DNA of 64,000 nucleotides, from positions 1 to 64,000 of the forward strand of contig RSEE01000163.1 in assembly GCA_003971905.1 (NCBI GenBank), in the 5' to 3' direction. This document shows, one piece after another, positions 62,793 to 64,000 of this stretch. How positions within the stretch are numbered: position 1 is the first letter of the stretch; every line of letters starts with the position of its first letter. A model generated the notes under the pieces. It had not been told where the DNA came from. It saw only the letters and a program-made list of their open reading frames with translations, and ran no database searches. A program made the position numbers and the translations under genes. Source of the stretch: Moniliella sp. 'wahieum'. Lineage: Eukaryota.

Positions 62793-63805
62793 CGCTGACG
62801 TGGTAGACGATCTCTTCTCTTTGTTCTGCTCTGCTCTGCTCTACTCCTCCCTTACTCTTACTCTTACTCTACTCGTTCTTCCCGCTCTCGGCTGTACCGC
62901 AGGGCAAGCCGTCGGGGCCGGGGCGGGGCACCGTGGCCTTGCGCGCCCCTTTTTCTACATTTCCTCTGTTTTGAGCTAGCACCCCATTTCCTCCGTTTTG
63001 AGCTACCCACCCCTCGGGATGGCGCCGTGAGCGGCCGTAGACCACGCCCATAGTCTGCCCATGCGCGAGGGTCGCTTGGAGAGACGGGCGGGAGCGAGCC
63101 ATGAGGATGAGCATGAGCGTGCTGATGCTGCCGGCCGGGTCGGTCGTAGGCTCCAAGCGGGGGCACGTGACGGGGCACGTGACGGGGCGTGGCGCGCGGA
63201 GCAGCGGGGGGTGGGGTGGGACAGTGGCGCGGTGCGGGGCGGTGGGCGGTGGAGGGGTGGAGTGTGCGGCGCGGCGACGCGCGAGGGGGCGGCGCGGCAT
63301 GCCGGCACGCCGGCGGCGGCAGTGTGCCACGCGTGCGTCGTGTGAACGTTTTGTTTGGGCGGTGGGGGGTGGGGGGGAGCAGTCGCCGCGGGGCACGTTG
63401 GAAAGTGACTAGTGACTCGTGTTGAATGTTCAAGTTGAACGTTCAACTGAACGTTCACTTGTCGCCTGGAAGACCTGGCGGCTGAGTAAGTGAGGGCCCA
63501 GCAAGGAGTACAGAGCAAGCAGCAAGGAGTAGTCACGCGTCACGCGTCACACGTCAACCTCTAGCACGACCGCCGCGGACGCGCCGCACTGCCCCCCTGC
63601 GTGGCCGCCTGGCTTCCACCCCCCCACTGCCCCGTGCCACCCGCATCCACGCTCGCGCTGCACCCATCATGCATCACCCACCGCACCCTCACCCGCCACA
63701 CCTGACGCCAGCCATCGCCCGCCGGGGGCAGCCACACCCGCTCCTCGCCTCGTGCGGCGCCACTCGCATCCTCTCCATTGCCTCTCCATCTCCAGCCTCG
63801 TTGTC

Positions 63806-63875
63806 CCATCTCCCTCTTCATCTCCATCTCCCTCTTCATCTCCATCCCTCTTCATCTCCATCTCCCTCTTCATCT
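63806..63875. repeat. ~18-bp CT-rich tandem repeat (CCATCTCCCTCTTCATCT) x4, upstream of an ATG at ~63948
   Basis: Read directly. Confidence 0.8.
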
Positions 63876-64000
63876 CCGTCCCTCTCCATCCACATCCACA
63901 TCTCCCACGCCTCTTCACCCCCCCCCCCGGCCCCTGGCCCACCCCCCATGGCGCCTCCCCCGCTCCGCCCGACCCCGCCCCCGGCCCGCTGGCCCAGGCC

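Noticed and set aside
12484..63942. Numerous long overlapping Arg/Pro/Gly-rich ORFs on antisense or alternative frames
   Set aside because: Expected shadow ORFs in high-GC coding DNA, with no recognisable domains.

Overview
Eukaryotic, GC-rich fungal genomic DNA. The 5.8S motif TCTTGGTTCT(C)CCATCGATG and short GT-AG introns with CTRAC branch points suggest a basidiomycete, probably Ustilaginomycotina; a long-branch yeast such as Moniliella is an unverified guess. 1-4.9 kb is the edge of an rDNA locus: 18S (5'-partial), very short ITS1, 5.8S, ITS2, a 28S that breaks off at ~4347, a hairpin and a degenerate 5S. Then come an intron-containing tRNA-Ser(AGA) and genes for ADE16/17, VMA21, complex I subunits NDUFS6 and NDUFB2, an SNF1/AMPK beta subunit, a Gyp8/TBC1D20 Rab GAP, a TPX2-like protein, a divergent UBC9, a RING-H2 protein, an ENV7/STK16 kinase, a giant disordered protein ending in an MDR domain, SFP1 and KIN1/2. 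A gene-poor, lower-GC island with an inverted repeat lies at ~46-53.4 kb. Almost every gene has 1-nt frameshifts, most likely uncorrected long-read indels, so CDS limits are approximate and single-base claims need read-level checks. Most notable: compensatory changes in the rRNA decoding centre plus H69 A1913C, a Ubc9 with rewired substrate-recognition residues, a pervasive period-7 palindromic repeat pattern in intergenic DNA, and tandem FFAT-like motifs in the giant MDR protein.
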